From NCBI GenBank assembly GCA_964019335.1, contig OZ025689.1, positions 493,026 through 557,025 on the forward strand: 64,000 bases of DNA, in the 5' to 3' direction. The notes beneath the pieces are model-generated. The model saw nothing but the letters and a program-made list of their open reading frames with translations, made no database searches and was not told the origin of the DNA. Each line of letters begins with the position of its first letter. The stretch's first letter is position 1. Positions 8,759 to 21,300 of this stretch are shown here, piece after piece. The stretch is from Diplonema japonicum. Its lineage: Eukaryota; Protista; Euglenozoa: Diplonemea. Made by a program: the position numbers and the translations under genes.

Positions 8759-11413
8759 TCAAACTAAGGCCTCCTGCACAGCTTGCAGGAGCTCTTTAGT
8801 CGAGTCGATGTCCGTTTTCTGTGCCACGATGTTCTTCGGTACTACGGGAGGTGAAATCACCTTCGCAGGTGTTGGGGCGGTGCTGACACGTCTGCTGCCA
8901 GATCGAGAAGACTTTCTGCTACCCGCGGAAACAGCAGAGGGGCTTGTAGGGCGTGTCCACCGCCGCTTGGACCCAGGGCTGTTCACAGTGCCTGCAGGGC
9001 GCTTCCAGTTCAGAACATCTCGACGCAGCGACGGCGGGACAGTAGCGCTAGTGTGTAGCTTGTCGAGCAGGTTGCTCACCATGCCTCGTGTTTCATTGCG
9101 CTTCTGCATCACAGGCCCCAACCACATCAACGCAGTGGCCCCCGAAGGCCTCTTCTCAAACATTTGCCCGTCAGATACACTCCGTGTGTCCTCTGCCTCC
9201 GTCGCGTCTTCTTCTTCGCCAAACCCGCCCAACACGATCGCCCACGACAACGGCAGCAGCCCGTCCACAAGCTCATACGGCAGCGACTGCAGCGCAGCTC
9301 CGTATCTCAGCCTCAACTGTAGTGTTCTATCCCCCAGCAGCTGTGACCCCTTCACAAGCAAATTGGCTCCTAAGTTCAACCTGTCCGGAGTTTTAATCTC
9401 TTCTTCCCCCAAAAGGCATTGCGTGTAGGCCACAGCAATAGAATCGCTCCCCAGTGTCCCGTCGCACATTGTGTCGCACCACAGCTTCTTTGCTTCCTCG
9501 GGGTCATGCATACGAAGAGCGGCGCCCAGCAGCAGCCTGTGCAGTGCCCTGCCCTCAGCGTACGCCATAAAATCTTCTTTTGGTGGCAAGCCAGGATTCT
9601 TAGTCCCCAACCGCCTGAGCAAGGCAATCATCTCCTTTCGTTGCACAGTGCCAAGCACCTCCAAGTCGCCCATCAAGAACAGCAGCCAAAATGGAAGTAG
9701 CGGGCGGAGCTGCGAGTGGGACGAAAAGCGTGCTGCAATAGCCGCAACAGCTTCCTCTTCCTGCCTGTTAGAGCGTGCCGCTACCACAGAGCGCAGGATC
9801 CACTCGTCGGCAAACCCCCAAGGCTTTGAGGGCCACTTCTGTATCCCCATGAGCGTCATGGCGCCTGCCAGGCGAATTGTCGCCCTGCCCTGGAACTCCA
9901 GTGGTTTCCCCACTACATGCGAGTAGTCCAGCACACTGCGGTACTCCCTCGCGGCATCGGAGTACTGCAGGGCTGCAAGGTAGGCGTCGGCAGATGCCAT
10001 CTTGATGGCAGGTGGTATCGATGAGTTAGCAGGCCTGCCACTGCCCCACGTTGAGATGGGGTTGAGCCAGGCCCTCTTTGCAGCGGAGATAGCGTCCAAC
10101 GCGCCGTGCGGGTCGCTGTGCCTGCGTCGCTGGCAGCTTGACATGACGTGCAGCAGCACTGACGAGGGGTGCCGCAAGATCAGTGCTTGCAGCACCTGCG
10201 CCTCTGAGGACTGGGTTTCCATCAAGCAGCGGGGTTTTGTCAGTTGCCTGCCCACGACGGCAATACCGGCGTGCAGAGACCTGTGGCCGCCACGGGCAAA
10301 AACTTGTATAAGCCAGTCATGCTCGTTCCCGATAGGCACCAGTGACGCCACCGACCCGAGGACTTTTCTGAGTCCGTCGGGGAGCTCGACTACCGCAGCA
10401 AGGAGGAGGCCCACTCCCACCTTGATGTCGTCCTCCAGATGGTCGGGGAGCTGCTTGTTATGGACAGCTCGCCGGAGCGGTTGGTATGCTAGCCACGCCT
10501 GACGCAGGTTAACACCCGCCTTGATGTACTGCGCTGACTTCAGTTGCAGCAGGCCGGAGAAGGTTCGCGCCTCTGCTCCGAGTGCCACGAACTCCATCTC
10601 TTGCGACATTTCGAGTGCGTTAGACAGGATGGTCTCGTCCTCGACAGCGTCGCTGAGGCTGCGCGCCTCGTCCGACCACACAACGTGGTGCCCGCCACGG
10701 TCGATCATGTTGGAGCCGGCAAAGGTCCTGACAGGTTCCTCTTCCTCGTCTTCTTCCTCTTCCACAGCAATGATTTCTTGCTCTTCATCTTCTTCCTCTT
10801 CTTCTCCTTCTTGTACTGCTGGGTTGAACTTAACTTGAGAGGTACTACGCGGAGGCATGAAGAGGAGAGAACGCTCTGCGCTGGCGTTGGCTTCGGCTGG
10901 CGTTGCCTCAGGCTTGCTGTTGCTGCACGCGCAAGGGAACGACGAGAGGGCACGAAGGGGCTTCCAAGCTCGGCGTTGGGCTTTCGTCTTCGGGGGCTTC
11001 TCAGGGTTGGTGGCGGAGACACCTGAGAGCTGTTGTGCGGTGGCGCAAGCCCAGACCTGCCAGGCGTGGTTGTTGTCCCCTCCTAAGGGTACTGGTTCCT
11101 GGTAAATGGTGTCGATGCCTTCAGCCTGCTCCGCAGCTCGTAAGTAAATTTGGATAGCATCTTGGTACCCATGTTCTTCACCGTTAAGGATGCCTCGCAC
11201 CAGACAGAGGTGTCCCTCCTCGAGCGTCGTCCTCGGGTGCCTGTTGTACCAAGACTTCGTTAGCTTCTCTACCTCCCCGAACTCGCAGCTTATATTTCGC
11301 TTGAAGCACTCCTCAGCCACTACACGGGCCTCGTTATTCTGTAGTTCCTCGGTGCTCTCGCTGCCTGTGGTGACAGTGCTTTCTTCATCACCAAATCGGA
11401 AACCCGAGAACAT
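8759..11413 (-). CDS. TTC39/IML2-like helical-repeat (TPR) protein with acidic N-terminal and disordered C-terminal regions
   Basis: Long ORF with likely start MFSGFRFG at 11413. GAEARTFSGLLQLKSAQYIKAGVNLRQAWLAYQ resembles the TTC39/IML2 YIKxGxxLRxAW motif; TPR-like ADAYLAALQYSDAAREY. Confidence 0.55.
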   Translation of the reverse strand: MFSGFRFGDEESTVTTGSESTEELQNNEARVVAEECFKRNISCEFGEVEKLTKSWYNRHPRTTLEEGHLCLVRGILNGEEHGYQDAIQIYLRAAEQAEGIDTIYQEPVPLGGDNNHAWQVWACATAQQLSGVSATNPEKPPKTKAQRRAWKPLRALSSFPCACSNSKPEATPAEANASAERSLLFMPPRSTSQVKFNPAVQEGEEEEEDEEQEIIAVEEEEDEEEEPVRTFAGSNMIDRGGHHVVWSDEARSLSDAVEDETILSNALEMSQEMEFVALGAEARTFSGLLQLKSAQYIKAGVNLRQAWLAYQPLRRAVHNKQLPDHLEDDIKVGVGLLLAAVVELPDGLRKVLGSVASLVPIGNEHDWLIQVFARGGHRSLHAGIAVVGRQLTKPRCLMETQSSEAQVLQALILRHPSSVLLHVMSSCQRRRHSDPHGALDAISAAKRAWLNPISTWGSGRPANSSIPPAIKMASADAYLAALQYSDAAREYRSVLDYSHVVGKPLEFQGRATIRLAGAMTLMGIQKWPSKPWGFADEWILRSVVAARSNRQEEEAVAAIAARFSSHSQLRPLLPFWLLFLMGDLEVLGTVQRKEMIALLRRLGTKNPGLPPKEDFMAYAEGRALHRLLLGAALRMHDPEEAKKLWCDTMCDGTLGSDSIAVAYTQCLLGEEEIKTPDRLNLGANLLVKGSQLLGDRTLQLRLRYGAALQSLPYELVDGLLPLSWAIVLGGFGEEEDATEAEDTRSVSDGQMFEKRPSGATALMWLGPVMQKRNETRGMVSNLLDKLHTSATVPPSLRRDVLNWKRPAGTVNSPGSKRRWTRPTSPSAVSAGSRKSSRSGSRRVSTAPTPAKVISPPVVPKNIVAQKTDIDSTKELLQAVQEALV

Positions 11414-12695
11414 GTGTATGTGGGTGTTCCTTTTTTTTTTTTTTTTTTTTCTTCTTTCCCCCCCATTTTGCCGTGGAAGGAGAATAAAATGAGAAATGAG
11501 GTACCGGATATACTTTTGGAAAAAAAAAAAAAGAGAGAAAAAAATTGGAAAAATAAAAGGGGGTGGGGGACGGGGAATAAGCGGGGGCCCGAATATGCGC
11601 GTGCCACAACGAAAACCTACAGATAAAAAAAAAATGAAAAAGTGGACAACAAAATCAGGCAAACACTCGAAGGCACATTAAAAACCACTCTTTTCTGTTT
11701 TCTTTGTTTCTTGCTTTTTTCTTTTTTTTTTCTTCTATTTTTTTCTTTGCCCATTTCTTTTTTTTTTTCTTCTTCGTTTTTACATTTTCTTTTGTGTCCG
11801 TTTCTTTTATCCCTCACGCTTCACGATGCTTGCGCAAAAAAAAAAAAAAAAAAAAGAAGAAAAAAAAGTTTTTATGACTATATGTCTTTTGTTCTTCGCG
11901 CGAGCAAAAACCTATTTAAAAAAGCTGTGAAAGCTTTTTTTTGCTCGGCACGTATAAAATTATTTTTTTTTTGAAAGATAAATATTGCAACAAAAAAAAA
12001 ATCACACTTCATAATGTCACCTTACAAAAAATCTCGTCACTTCCTACTAAAAGTTGCATAGACTTGATTCTCTTTCTTTTTTTCATTTTTTTTTGTTTTT
12101 AGAAGGGAAAAAATATCGGGAAAATGAAATAAAAAGTGGAGAGGTGCTTTGAATGAGGGAGGCAGCACGAGCACAAAAAAGAAAAATAAAAAAAAGTTTT
12201 TAAGGAAAGAACGACAGGTGAAAATAGAAGGGGGGGTAAAAAAAAAAAGGAGAGAGAAGAAAAAGGAAAAATCCTTTTTCTCAAAGTCGTGTTTCTTTTT
12301 TTTTTCTTCTTCTCGGAAAAGGCTTCAGCCCATTTCGTATTTTTATTTATTTATTTTTTTTTTTTTTTTGTTTTGCGTACGTATAAACACCAAAGTACTA
12401 ACTTGCAACGACAATCAAAAAGAGGGGAAAGGGTTGTAACAAGGGAACCTAAGTTTTTTTTTTGTTTTTCCTTTTCTGCTTCTTCTCCTTCTCTTCCCCT
12501 CTTATCTTTTTTTTTTCTTTTTTTTTTTTTTTTTTAAAGCGAAGACCGTGGAACGAAGAAGAACCTTTTTTGACAAGTTACAAGTCTTTTTACCCCGCTT
12601 TTGCCTGCGATTGGGGATGGATGGGGAGTAGAATACCTGATCAAACGGACTTGAAGGTGACTTGAAAGTGCGTGTTATTAAAAACTGTATGTGGG

Positions 12696-12741
<46 letters not shown>

Positions 12742-13293
12742 ATGGATACAACGGCCACTGATATTTAAAAATGGGGGAGAAAAAAAAAAATGAAGAAAAA
12801 AAAAAACCATAAAACCCAGTATCCTGAGCACAAGAGGGAAAGAAAGAAAAAAGGGAAAAAATCTAGAAACAGGGTCATCAAACTGGCCTAATAAAGGATC
12901 AGAAAGGGGTGTGGTCTGCATAAAATAAAAAAATATTAAAAAAATGGTGATGTGAACACCTCCATTTGGTTATTTTTTTTTTTTCCCCCGGGTGCTCCTC
13001 TTTTTTAGATGGAGGCATTTTTAGCACCATTACTGATACCCCCCGAGGGGGTGGATAAAAAAAAGAAGGGGATACTTTTTTCGAATTGCTTCCCCTCCCT
13101 ATTTTTTTTTTTTTTTTTCATTCTTTTACCCATTTCCAAGTTGAGCTGTTAAGCCATCCCCGTGTGGTAAAAAAAAAAAAAAAACTCAAAGTACAGGACA
13201 AGCCCTATGGGAGGGGGGGGGGGGGGGGGGGTCTATCTGTTAAAAAAAGAAAAAAAAAAAGAAGAAGAAGAAGAAAGCATAGAAAAAAAAGAA

Positions 13294-13333
13294 GTCTTTG
13301 AGGGAACCTGCAGTATGTGACAAGATCGCCTAA
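13294..13333 (-). repeat. Solo 3'-terminal fragment of the LINE at 18286-24272
   Basis: gtctttgagggaacctgcagtatgtgacaagatcgcctaa vs gtctttgaagggaacctgcagtatgtgacaggatcgcctaa at 18289-18329. Confidence 0.85.
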
Positions 13334-13685
13334 AAAAAAACTTAGTAAGGGACGGATAGTGCAGAAAGAAGAGACTTGGAAGGTGGGATTAGGATGGAGA
13401 ACACAAAAAAAAAAAAAAAAAAAAAAAAAAGGGAACTAGACCGTTGTTTGTGCGTGCCCGGTTAAAAAAACTCGGAGGAAAGTTTTTTAAAAACCCGAAA
13501 ACACGTTTGCCAACGTTCTCCCTCCCCACCCCCACCCCCTTTTTTTTTTGTTTAAACAAGTTCCTATCTGTTCCATAATTCTGCCTCCCTCTTTTTTTTC
13601 TTTTCCTTTTTTTTTCCTTCTTCGTGAATTGAGAGAAAGAAAGGGGGGAAAAAAAAAACTTTTTTCGCAAATTTGTTTCCCCCTC

Positions 13686-15782
13686 CTATTCAGGCTTCTG
13701 CTGCCCCTTGGTAGCGGTTGCATACAGGCTGTGTTTTTTTTTAAATCCCCCCCCACTAGCACACACCTGCTGTCATAAACATCTTGAGACTTTTGCAACG
13801 TCGTAGGGGTCAGCTTGTACTTAGACCTTTGGCGCTTCAGGATGTGTTCCGTCGTGATCTCAATCTCGACATGCTGAGGGGAAAAAAAAAAAAGGGAAAA
13901 AAATAAATCAACTTTATCCCCCCTCCAATAATACCTGCCGCCTCACAGCTGTAGAATAGATAGCGATTATACACCCAATGACGGCCACAAGAATGCCAGG
14001 GACAGTGGCGCTGGTACCGAAGCCGTCTGTAATATGGATATTGGGGAAGAGGTCGTAGTTAGTCCAGATGATGGAGAGCAGGGCAGAGAGACACATGGCG
14101 GCAGAGACGGCGAGGGGGTGGAGGTACCGCAGAGCGTGGATGAAGCACACCTGTTGCGTAGCTGAGATAAAAAGCAAAGCCACCCACCACTTGCTGCATG
14201 ATGAGCCATCTGCCCACCCAAAGACACCGTCCGCCCCTGTTGCATGCGTGCCGCCTGCAGCCAGCCCCGCAACAAGCAACGGGACCATCGCCACCAACGT
14301 CGACGGGAACAAGATCACCGACACCGGCAGCTGCGACGCCACTGTCTTTGAACATATCAAATAGGCCCCCATCAGCAGGGATGACGTGCTTGCCAGCATG
14401 TCTGATTTCGCCCAGTCCTTCCACTCGCCCTCCTTCGGTAGTGCAATCAGAGCCATGCCCACCAACAGCAACCCCAACCCAAATAGTTCCCCAGGGAACA
14501 CCGGCTGCATCCTCACCGCTCTGTAAATCAGTATGTACAACGGGTGCAGCGCGTGCAGGACCGACGCCTGCGCCGTGGGCCCCGGCTCCGACCCCGACTC
14601 GTCCGTTTCGTTCGTTGCGTTCGACCAGGTGATGGCGTACCCCGCCCACAGCAGGCCCAGAACAACCAGCGGCAGCATCCCAGACATCTTATCGCGCAAC
14701 AAGTGCAGCTCGCTAGGTTTCCACTCGTGCGTCACGTGTGTGAACGCGAACATCAAAGAGAACACAAACAGATACGCAGTCCCCCACCACAGAGCGTTGT
14801 AGGTGGGGTCGTTGCTGCATAAGTTAAGGTGGGTGAGAAGGGGCTCCGTCACGGACGAGGCGATGACGCCCACCAACAGCACAAGCCACGCCCACGGAGG
14901 ACGCGATAGCTCGATGGAGACGATGACGGTGGACAGACTGCCGCAGGACTCGCCCTGCTCACAGTACACAGTGACAGCCGCCACCTCGGAAGGGAAGTGG
15001 GAGCACAGCTTCGACTCTAGAGTGTCTAGCTGCGAGGACCGCACGGTCGGCACGGCGAAAACCCACTGGGGGTTCCCCTCCGCGACAGATGTCGGGTCCA
15101 GTACAAGGAAGGCCTCGTGCTCTGTGTCCACCTGTGACGGCATCTCCACTGCAACCGACACCTTGTGCGAAGGGCTGATAGACTTAGGTGCGTCCGACAG
15201 CCATTCATGGAAAGCGTCCTTAGATCCCGTATCGCTGTTTTTAGGAGAAGCACCAGTGCCCGGTGACAGCAACAGCCCGAACCCGTTGAGAGGTGTCTGC
15301 AGACTCTCTGTTATAGGAACTTCTGGGCAGCAGGGGTCCAGGTTCTCTGTGAAGGACACGTCGACGTACTTGACGGGCGACGAGCCGATGAGGGGGGCGT
15401 CCTCATCATCCGCGTCCTCGTTGGCAATGCATGCTCGCATTTTCACGTCCCGTTTGTCGCCGCTCTCTGAGAGTGCCTTCAACAGTGCATCAAGGGGGAG
15501 GCGCGCTCTTCTTGTTAAAGAGAGCATGTTGATAGTCTTCACGCCCTCGCCGAGCTCTTCGCCGCTCTCCGAGAACAGCTGGTGTCGTTCGCCAGCACTG
15601 CTGGCAAGGCTTGCCCGCTGCTGAGACCTGTTGAAGGCCAGCCCATACTCCCCAGACCCGTTCCCCTGCTCTAATTTGTCTTTGTACAGTTTAATGATGC
15701 GGTGCACCACCCTCTCTTCCCGCTCCTGGTCTATCTCTGCATCCTCGTTTCTCGGCGGCTCATCGCTCACCTTGTCACTCAT
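13686..15782 (-). CDS. EamA/DMT-superfamily transporter with long cytosolic N-terminus; probable introns 13874-13934 and 13729-13766
   Basis: About 10 hydrophobic helices in two EamA-like halves (AQASVLHALHPLYILI; ALRYLHPLAVSAAMCLSAL). GT..AG intron 13874-13934 continues the frame (HVEIEITTEH..). The second intron and stop are tentative. Start assumed at MSDKVSDE. Confidence 0.7.
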
Positions 15783-16065
15783 AGCCTCACCGTCTTCACT
15801 TTCCGCGCTTAGGGTGGCCGACTCGTTCCTCCGCCCCGGGCTCAGTGTCGTTAGTGCTTCGTGATAATCCACTGTAACCCAAGCCTGTGTGATTGAACAA
15901 GGTGGTTTAAGAAAGGTTGAAAAAGGAGTGAATAGGAACAAGGGGGCTGGAGCGCCTCCTAATAGGGAGGGACATATGAGGGGAGCAGGAACGTTTAGCT
16001 AAGGCAAAATAACATAAATAGAAACGATATTTTTCAACACACGGATGCACTTAGCTGGTTCTCCA

Positions 16066-17253
16066 CTAGTTGTGGTCGGCAAGGGCGAAGCCGACCCTGT
16101 TGTTGGCAGCGTCGAAGGTGGTGTAGTACTTCCTCATGAACACGTCGCCAAGGATGGCACCGAGGTTCTCGGGAAGCTCACCAGGGAAGCCCATGATGCC
16201 GGAGATGCACTGGGTGGGTGCGCCAGGCTCCTGTACCTGAAGAATGTAGTCCTCGCCAGTAAGGATGTAAGGCTTGCCTGCAAGGGTGACAGTCATGTTG
16301 GGGAGCTTCGCGAAGTCGGGGCACGCCTCGAAAACGCATTCGATGCCTGCGTCGATGCAGCCCAGCTTGCTGTTGATCTTCACAGCGGTGGCGAGGGGGA
16401 ACGCAAGGAGCGAGGTGCCAGAGTCTACCACAGAGTCGAAGTGGCTGTGGATGGTCTCGTTGCCAATGGCAAGGCTGTCGGTGTGGATCTGCCAGTACCC
16501 ATCCTTGGAGATGGGGACGTAGGAGAAGGACCCGGTGTAGTGGTTGGGGTCAACACCACCGAGAGCCAACTCGGAGGTCTTCTTGTGGGGCCACGCCTGG
16601 GCGGACAGGTAGAAGGAGAACTGACCGGCATCGACAAGCTTCTGCTGCATCATGCTGAAGAAGACAGGCGTGATGCCATTGACGGAGATCTCTGCCCAAC
16701 CCATGCCGAGGATGCCGTCGAAGCGGCCTGCCACCCAAGGCAGACCGGGCTCCTTTGTGGTCTCGGCGAAGATTTGGTTCTTGACCTTGAGGCCGCCGAA
16801 GGTGACGGTGTCCTCATCGCATACGCCCTGCACAGCACCCGACCCGTACAGGATGCTGAAGGCGGTCCCGTTGTGCACGTACGTCGAGGACATCGAGGTG
16901 TTGTACTTCTTGTGCACGCAGCCAGTGCAGTTCTCGCCGGGCACCCAAAGGTTCGAGGACCCTGTGTCGTAGATCACCTTGAACTCCTGCTCGGGAGTCC
17001 CGATGGAGACAGGCCCGAAGTACTGCGCGTTCATGAAGTCGGTGATGGGCACCTTGGGCACCGCAGTGGTCTTGGGTGCGTACTTCAGCCCGAGCTTCAA
17101 AGTCTCACCTGCCAGTACCTTCCCGCTGCGCATCACCTCCTGAAGAGGCTTCCCAGAGCGGGAAAGGATGACCACCTCCCTCTCAAGAGGAACTTTCATC
17201 AGCTCCGCGTTCGCGCAAGCAAAGGCGGCAAGGACCATGCAAAGGGTGCGCAT
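16066..17253 (-). CDS. Cathepsin D-like aspartic protease (peptidase A1), preproenzyme
   Basis: Signal peptide, NAQYFGPVSIGTPEQEFKVIYDTGSSNLWVP, second catalytic DSGTS, ILGDVFMRKYYTTFD..NRVGFA. Confidence 0.96.
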   Translation of the reverse strand: MRTLCMVLAAFACANAELMKVPLEREVVILSRSGKPLQEVMRSGKVLAGETLKLGLKYAPKTTAVPKVPITDFMNAQYFGPVSIGTPEQEFKVIYDTGSSNLWVPGENCTGCVHKKYNTSMSSTYVHNGTAFSILYGSGAVQGVCDEDTVTFGGLKVKNQIFAETTKEPGLPWVAGRFDGILGMGWAEISVNGITPVFFSMMQQKLVDAGQFSFYLSAQAWPHKKTSELALGGVDPNHYTGSFSYVPISKDGYWQIHTDSLAIGNETIHSHFDSVVDSGTSLLAFPLATAVKINSKLGCIDAGIECVFEACPDFAKLPNMTVTLAGKPYILTGEDYILQVQEPGAPTQCISGIMGFPGELPENLGAILGDVFMRKYYTTFDAANNRVGFALADHN

Positions 17254-17426
17254 TTTTTCTTCTTTTTTTTTTCTTTTTCTTTTTCTGGGTTCAGCTTTCT
17301 ATGCGACGGCACTGAGAAAAAAGAGGGAAAATCGAATAGAAAGGAAAGGGAATGTCTGAGCCGCAACTTTTCAGCCATGCAAACAGCGCGCTAAGAACGG
17401 GGGGGGGAAGAAGAAGAAGAAATTGC

Positions 17427-17981
17427 TCAGAACATCATGAGAAGGCGCCCGTCAGGGTCTGTCTCTTTAACGGAGCGTTGCTTGGAACCATCTGGGGCTA
17501 GAGGGAGGTACCCATGCAGGTAAAAGTCAATGGAGGGAACAGGCTCCGACTGCCTGAAGGGATAGATCTCTGTGGTTGTGGAAGGGGTGCTGAGACAGTA
17601 GTGTATCGGGCCAGAGCCGTGTTTTTCCACGACCCACAGACCGATATGGGCAAGACTTTCGGCTGTCTTCTCGATGTCTTCCGAACGGATAATTGTAATC
17701 CATGACCAAGAGGCGTCCGGGGTGCTTCCTGAGGAAGGGGGCAACACAAGGGGTTTCCCTTCCCCACCAACGTGGCCTATCGCATCCCCATCGTCGCCGA
17801 CAAATGTCACCTCTGTCACATCTTCTCCTTCTGACCTTTGCTCAAACACCAGAACTACACCTTTTATCCAGCAGCACACCCTTCCTGCGTTCTTTTCCCA
17901 GCTGCCCAGTTCCTTCTCTGTGTAAAATGCAGCTGTTTTTTGTACATCCTTGCACCGCAGCAAGATTTGTATGGAACGCAT
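17427..17981 (-). CDS. Glyoxalase/VOC-superfamily protein
   Basis: Likely start MRSIQILLRCKDVQKTAAFY. Paired VOC modules (IIRSEDIEKTA), EKHGSGPIHY, C-terminal TDPDGRLL. Confidence 0.7.
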   Translation of the reverse strand: MRSIQILLRCKDVQKTAAFYTEKELGSWEKNAGRVCCWIKGVVLVFEQRSEGEDVTEVTFVGDDGDAIGHVGGEGKPLVLPPSSGSTPDASWSWITIIRSEDIEKTAESLAHIGLWVVEKHGSGPIHYCLSTPSTTTEIYPFRQSEPVPSIDFYLHGYLPLAPDGSKQRSVKETDPDGRLLMMF

Positions 17982-18340
17982 CTTGCCTCTGAGGAATGGG
18001 TTTTTGCATTCAGACAAAAAAATCAAAAAGAGAATATAAAAGAGAGATAAAGGAGGCCGGTGTTGGTGACGTCCTGTTGTAAAAAAAAAAAAAAAAAAAG
18101 CACAGAAATGGCGGGAGGGGAGGGGGAACAAGAAAACACACAATAGGGGGGGACAGCAGCATACGTAAATAGAAAAAAAAAACCCCCCCCGCCCTCCATT
18201 CAAAAAAAACGTTTTTTTTTTTTCCCCTTCTTCTTTTCACAAAAAAGATACTCATCGGATGGTCTACAAAAAAAAAAAAAAAAAAGGTGTCTTTGAAGGG
18301 AACCTGCAGTATGTGACAGGATCGCCTAACGACAATCAAC

Positions 18341-21300
18341 TCATCTAGTGTTTGATCCCTTCTGTCGTGGTAGTGCCTTAGGCCCGTCGTAGTATCTCAT
18401 CAGCAGCTTGGGCGTGAAACCGACTAGCGAGTTGTTGAGGATGCAATGCGTTCGCAGTTGCTCCTCTAGGATCGGGTGGGTTGCCTTCGGGGACGCGAAG
18501 ACCGGACGAGTGGAGTATCCAATGATGGAATGGCTGTGGAGCCCCAGGGTACGCAGTGAGTGTACTGACTTCTTAGTTTCTGCTGGAATCAGGTGATTCC
18601 CCGTTCCTGTTCTGTGTGCCCTGTCCAGGACGTTGAGGATTCTTCCGATTTTCCTAGCCCAGCATGCCAGGTCTTCACCACCCATGTGGATTCTCTCCGT
18701 TGCTATGAAGTCGACAGCAAGCTCCGCCTTGGACACTTGCCCTCCATCCTTGCCCCATTTCAGGGCACTCAGCCATTTGAGGACAAACGGGATCAGCCCC
18801 GGGAAGTACTTCTTCCCCAGCCCGTGCTTGTGATACCAAATGAGGGGTTTCGGTTCTAATAGGTTTCCCGGTTGGAATGGTCTTTTCCAGAAGTGCAGAT
18901 TGTCGTATCTGACCTGCTTCTCGGTGTGCAGGCTCTCGAGTTTCCCCGCAATTTCCGCAAACATCAGGTGTAGTTCCTTGACACTTGTCAGGCTTATGTC
19001 CATATCAGAGGTAATAATGCCGTGTAGTCGGGCGCAGCTTGGCCAGCTGACGTGGTCTTGCACCAGCCGAATGCGGTCAGTGTTGGTCGTTCTGCAGTCG
19101 GCGTGCGCTGGGCATTGCCAGATCGTATGTTGTAGTAGGGAGCTGGTCCCGTTCCCAATGTTATATGGTGTGCCACACCCCAGGCATTTCGTATGTGAGC
19201 CGTTCATGTCGCCGTAAGCTCTGGGGTGTAGGGGAAGCATCGCGCCCGCAATGGCACAAAGTATCCTCCTTGCTTTCTGTGGGTTGGTGGTCGTCACCTC
19301 GTTGTGGAGGAAGTTCGTTTTCTCCTCGTCAATGCCTGTTTCGACCCCCTGGTAGGTGTCTCGCTCTTCGGCCAGATCCTCACGTAGTTTGGCTTTCAGC
19401 AGCGTCCTGATCTCGTGTTTCAGGAGCTGTTTGCCTTGCGGTCGTATCTTCGTCTGGAAGTCCTTCCACCTTGACCCTATTTCTCGGAGCCATAGGTCTG
19501 CATTGGCAAATGGTCCCATCGGAAATGATGGAGAGCCTTGATCCCTCGCTCTCCTGTACGCTTCCCAGCATGATATGAAAAGGGACTTGTTCGAATGTCG
19601 TGTGCAAAGTCGTCCCAGAGTAGAGATGGCCTTGTAGATCGCAGTAGAGTACGGGTCCAGGGTGTGTCCCTTATGGGCAATTCCCAGCAGGGCGCTGGAG
19701 GAGCGCATTGGGTTGCGGGCACCCCAGACGCAAAGAGTGATCCGCTTCTTCAATTTCTCCAGCCAAGAGTCCGGGATCGGGTCGAACAGGATGCCGTAGA
19801 AGGCGGATGGCAGGATGTTCTCTGCGATGATCCGTACCTTGCGATCGTGGTATAGCCTAGTTGAGGCGAGGCGTTCTATTTCGGCCAGGGCTTTGTGGAC
19901 CCTCGAGTTATCCCTCCTGCTCGGCTGGAAGTAGATTTGTACCCCTAAGATTTGCAGACTACTGGTCGTGGCAAAGGTCTCTCCGTTCAACTTCACATTC
20001 CCCCGGTATTTGGGTTTCGTTCCAAATGACCTGGTCTTCTTCGGGTGTACGGTCATCCCCGTGAGCTTGCAAAGGCTGCCTAGTAGATTTACGGAACGCT
20101 GAACCGCGGCCTCCGAGGTAATTGACGTGAAGTTAAGGTCGTCTGCATATGACACTGGGTGTGCGTTTCTTGGATTTGCCGTACATTTCTTGGTGAAGAT
20201 GGCAAGGATTGCGTTGATGAAAACGGGCGAGATCGGGCATCCCTGGAGTATTCCATTCGTGGTTCGGAATGGAGCACCTACTCCCACGGGGAAACGTAGG
20301 CGGCGGATTAGGTCAGAGTAGATGGCCTTGATCGGTCTCAGGATGAGCTGGCTTAGGCCTAACCGATCGACCAGTTCGAACGTGAGTGCGTGGGGGACAG
20401 AGTCAAAGCATTTCTTGAAGTCGACCGAGAGACCCCAAAGGTGGTTGCCAGATACTTTTGCCAACTCCACACTGGTGCAGACCTTCGCGAGGAGGTCATC
20501 TGTGCTGTGTTCCGGTCTGAAGCCGAATTGGAGCGGAGTAATCCACTCCTCTTGCCATTCGAGGATGGCTGGTAGTCGTGCGCCAGCCCAGAGCCGATAG
20601 AATGCGCTCGATACAGTAATAGGTCTGTGATCTAGCGGCTCTTCGGATTCTCCTTTCGGGATCATCGTAACAAGCGCGGTCAGGACTGCCTTTGGCCATC
20701 GTCCCTCATCCTCAATCCAGTTGTATAGGAAGATGAATCCCTCTAGCAGGGCATCTGGTAAGTGGGCGAGTTCGCAGAGCCTCCATCCATCAATCCCAGC
20801 GCATTCCTGTTTCTCCTTCTTACTCAGCACTCTTCGCAGGTCTTCTAGCGTGATCGCGAGGTCGACCATGGGGTGGTGGGTGATCTGCGACCCAAAAGTT
20901 TCCTCAAAAGAATCAAAACTCGGCTCAGGGTGGTCCTCGTATTTGCGGAAGATGTGGCGCCATGCCGACCTGAAGGCTTGGTCTATCTCTTCGACTGAGG
21001 TCGAGAGGGTACCGTTCGTGTTTGCTGCAACTAGCTCTCTATTTGGCTTGTCCGTCACAAATTGCATAATCGCGCTCCGGTTCACCGAGAAACCCGAGTT
21101 CAGATCCCTCCGTGCCTTCACGTTGCGCAGGATCTTCGAAGCGATGTCCATGTTCCGTTGTCGTGCCGTAACGTTCTCCCGAATCAGGTCTGCTTCCTTG
21201 ACGATGTTACCCTCGGAGAAGGTTTCCGGGTGGAACCGTAGGATCTTAATTGCCTTTGCCTTAATATTGTCCCAGCTCTTGCGTAGGTCATACGGCAGGG

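Noticed and set aside
16045-17394. 449-aa plus-strand ORF
   Set aside because: Antisense shadow of the GC3-rich cathepsin D gene.
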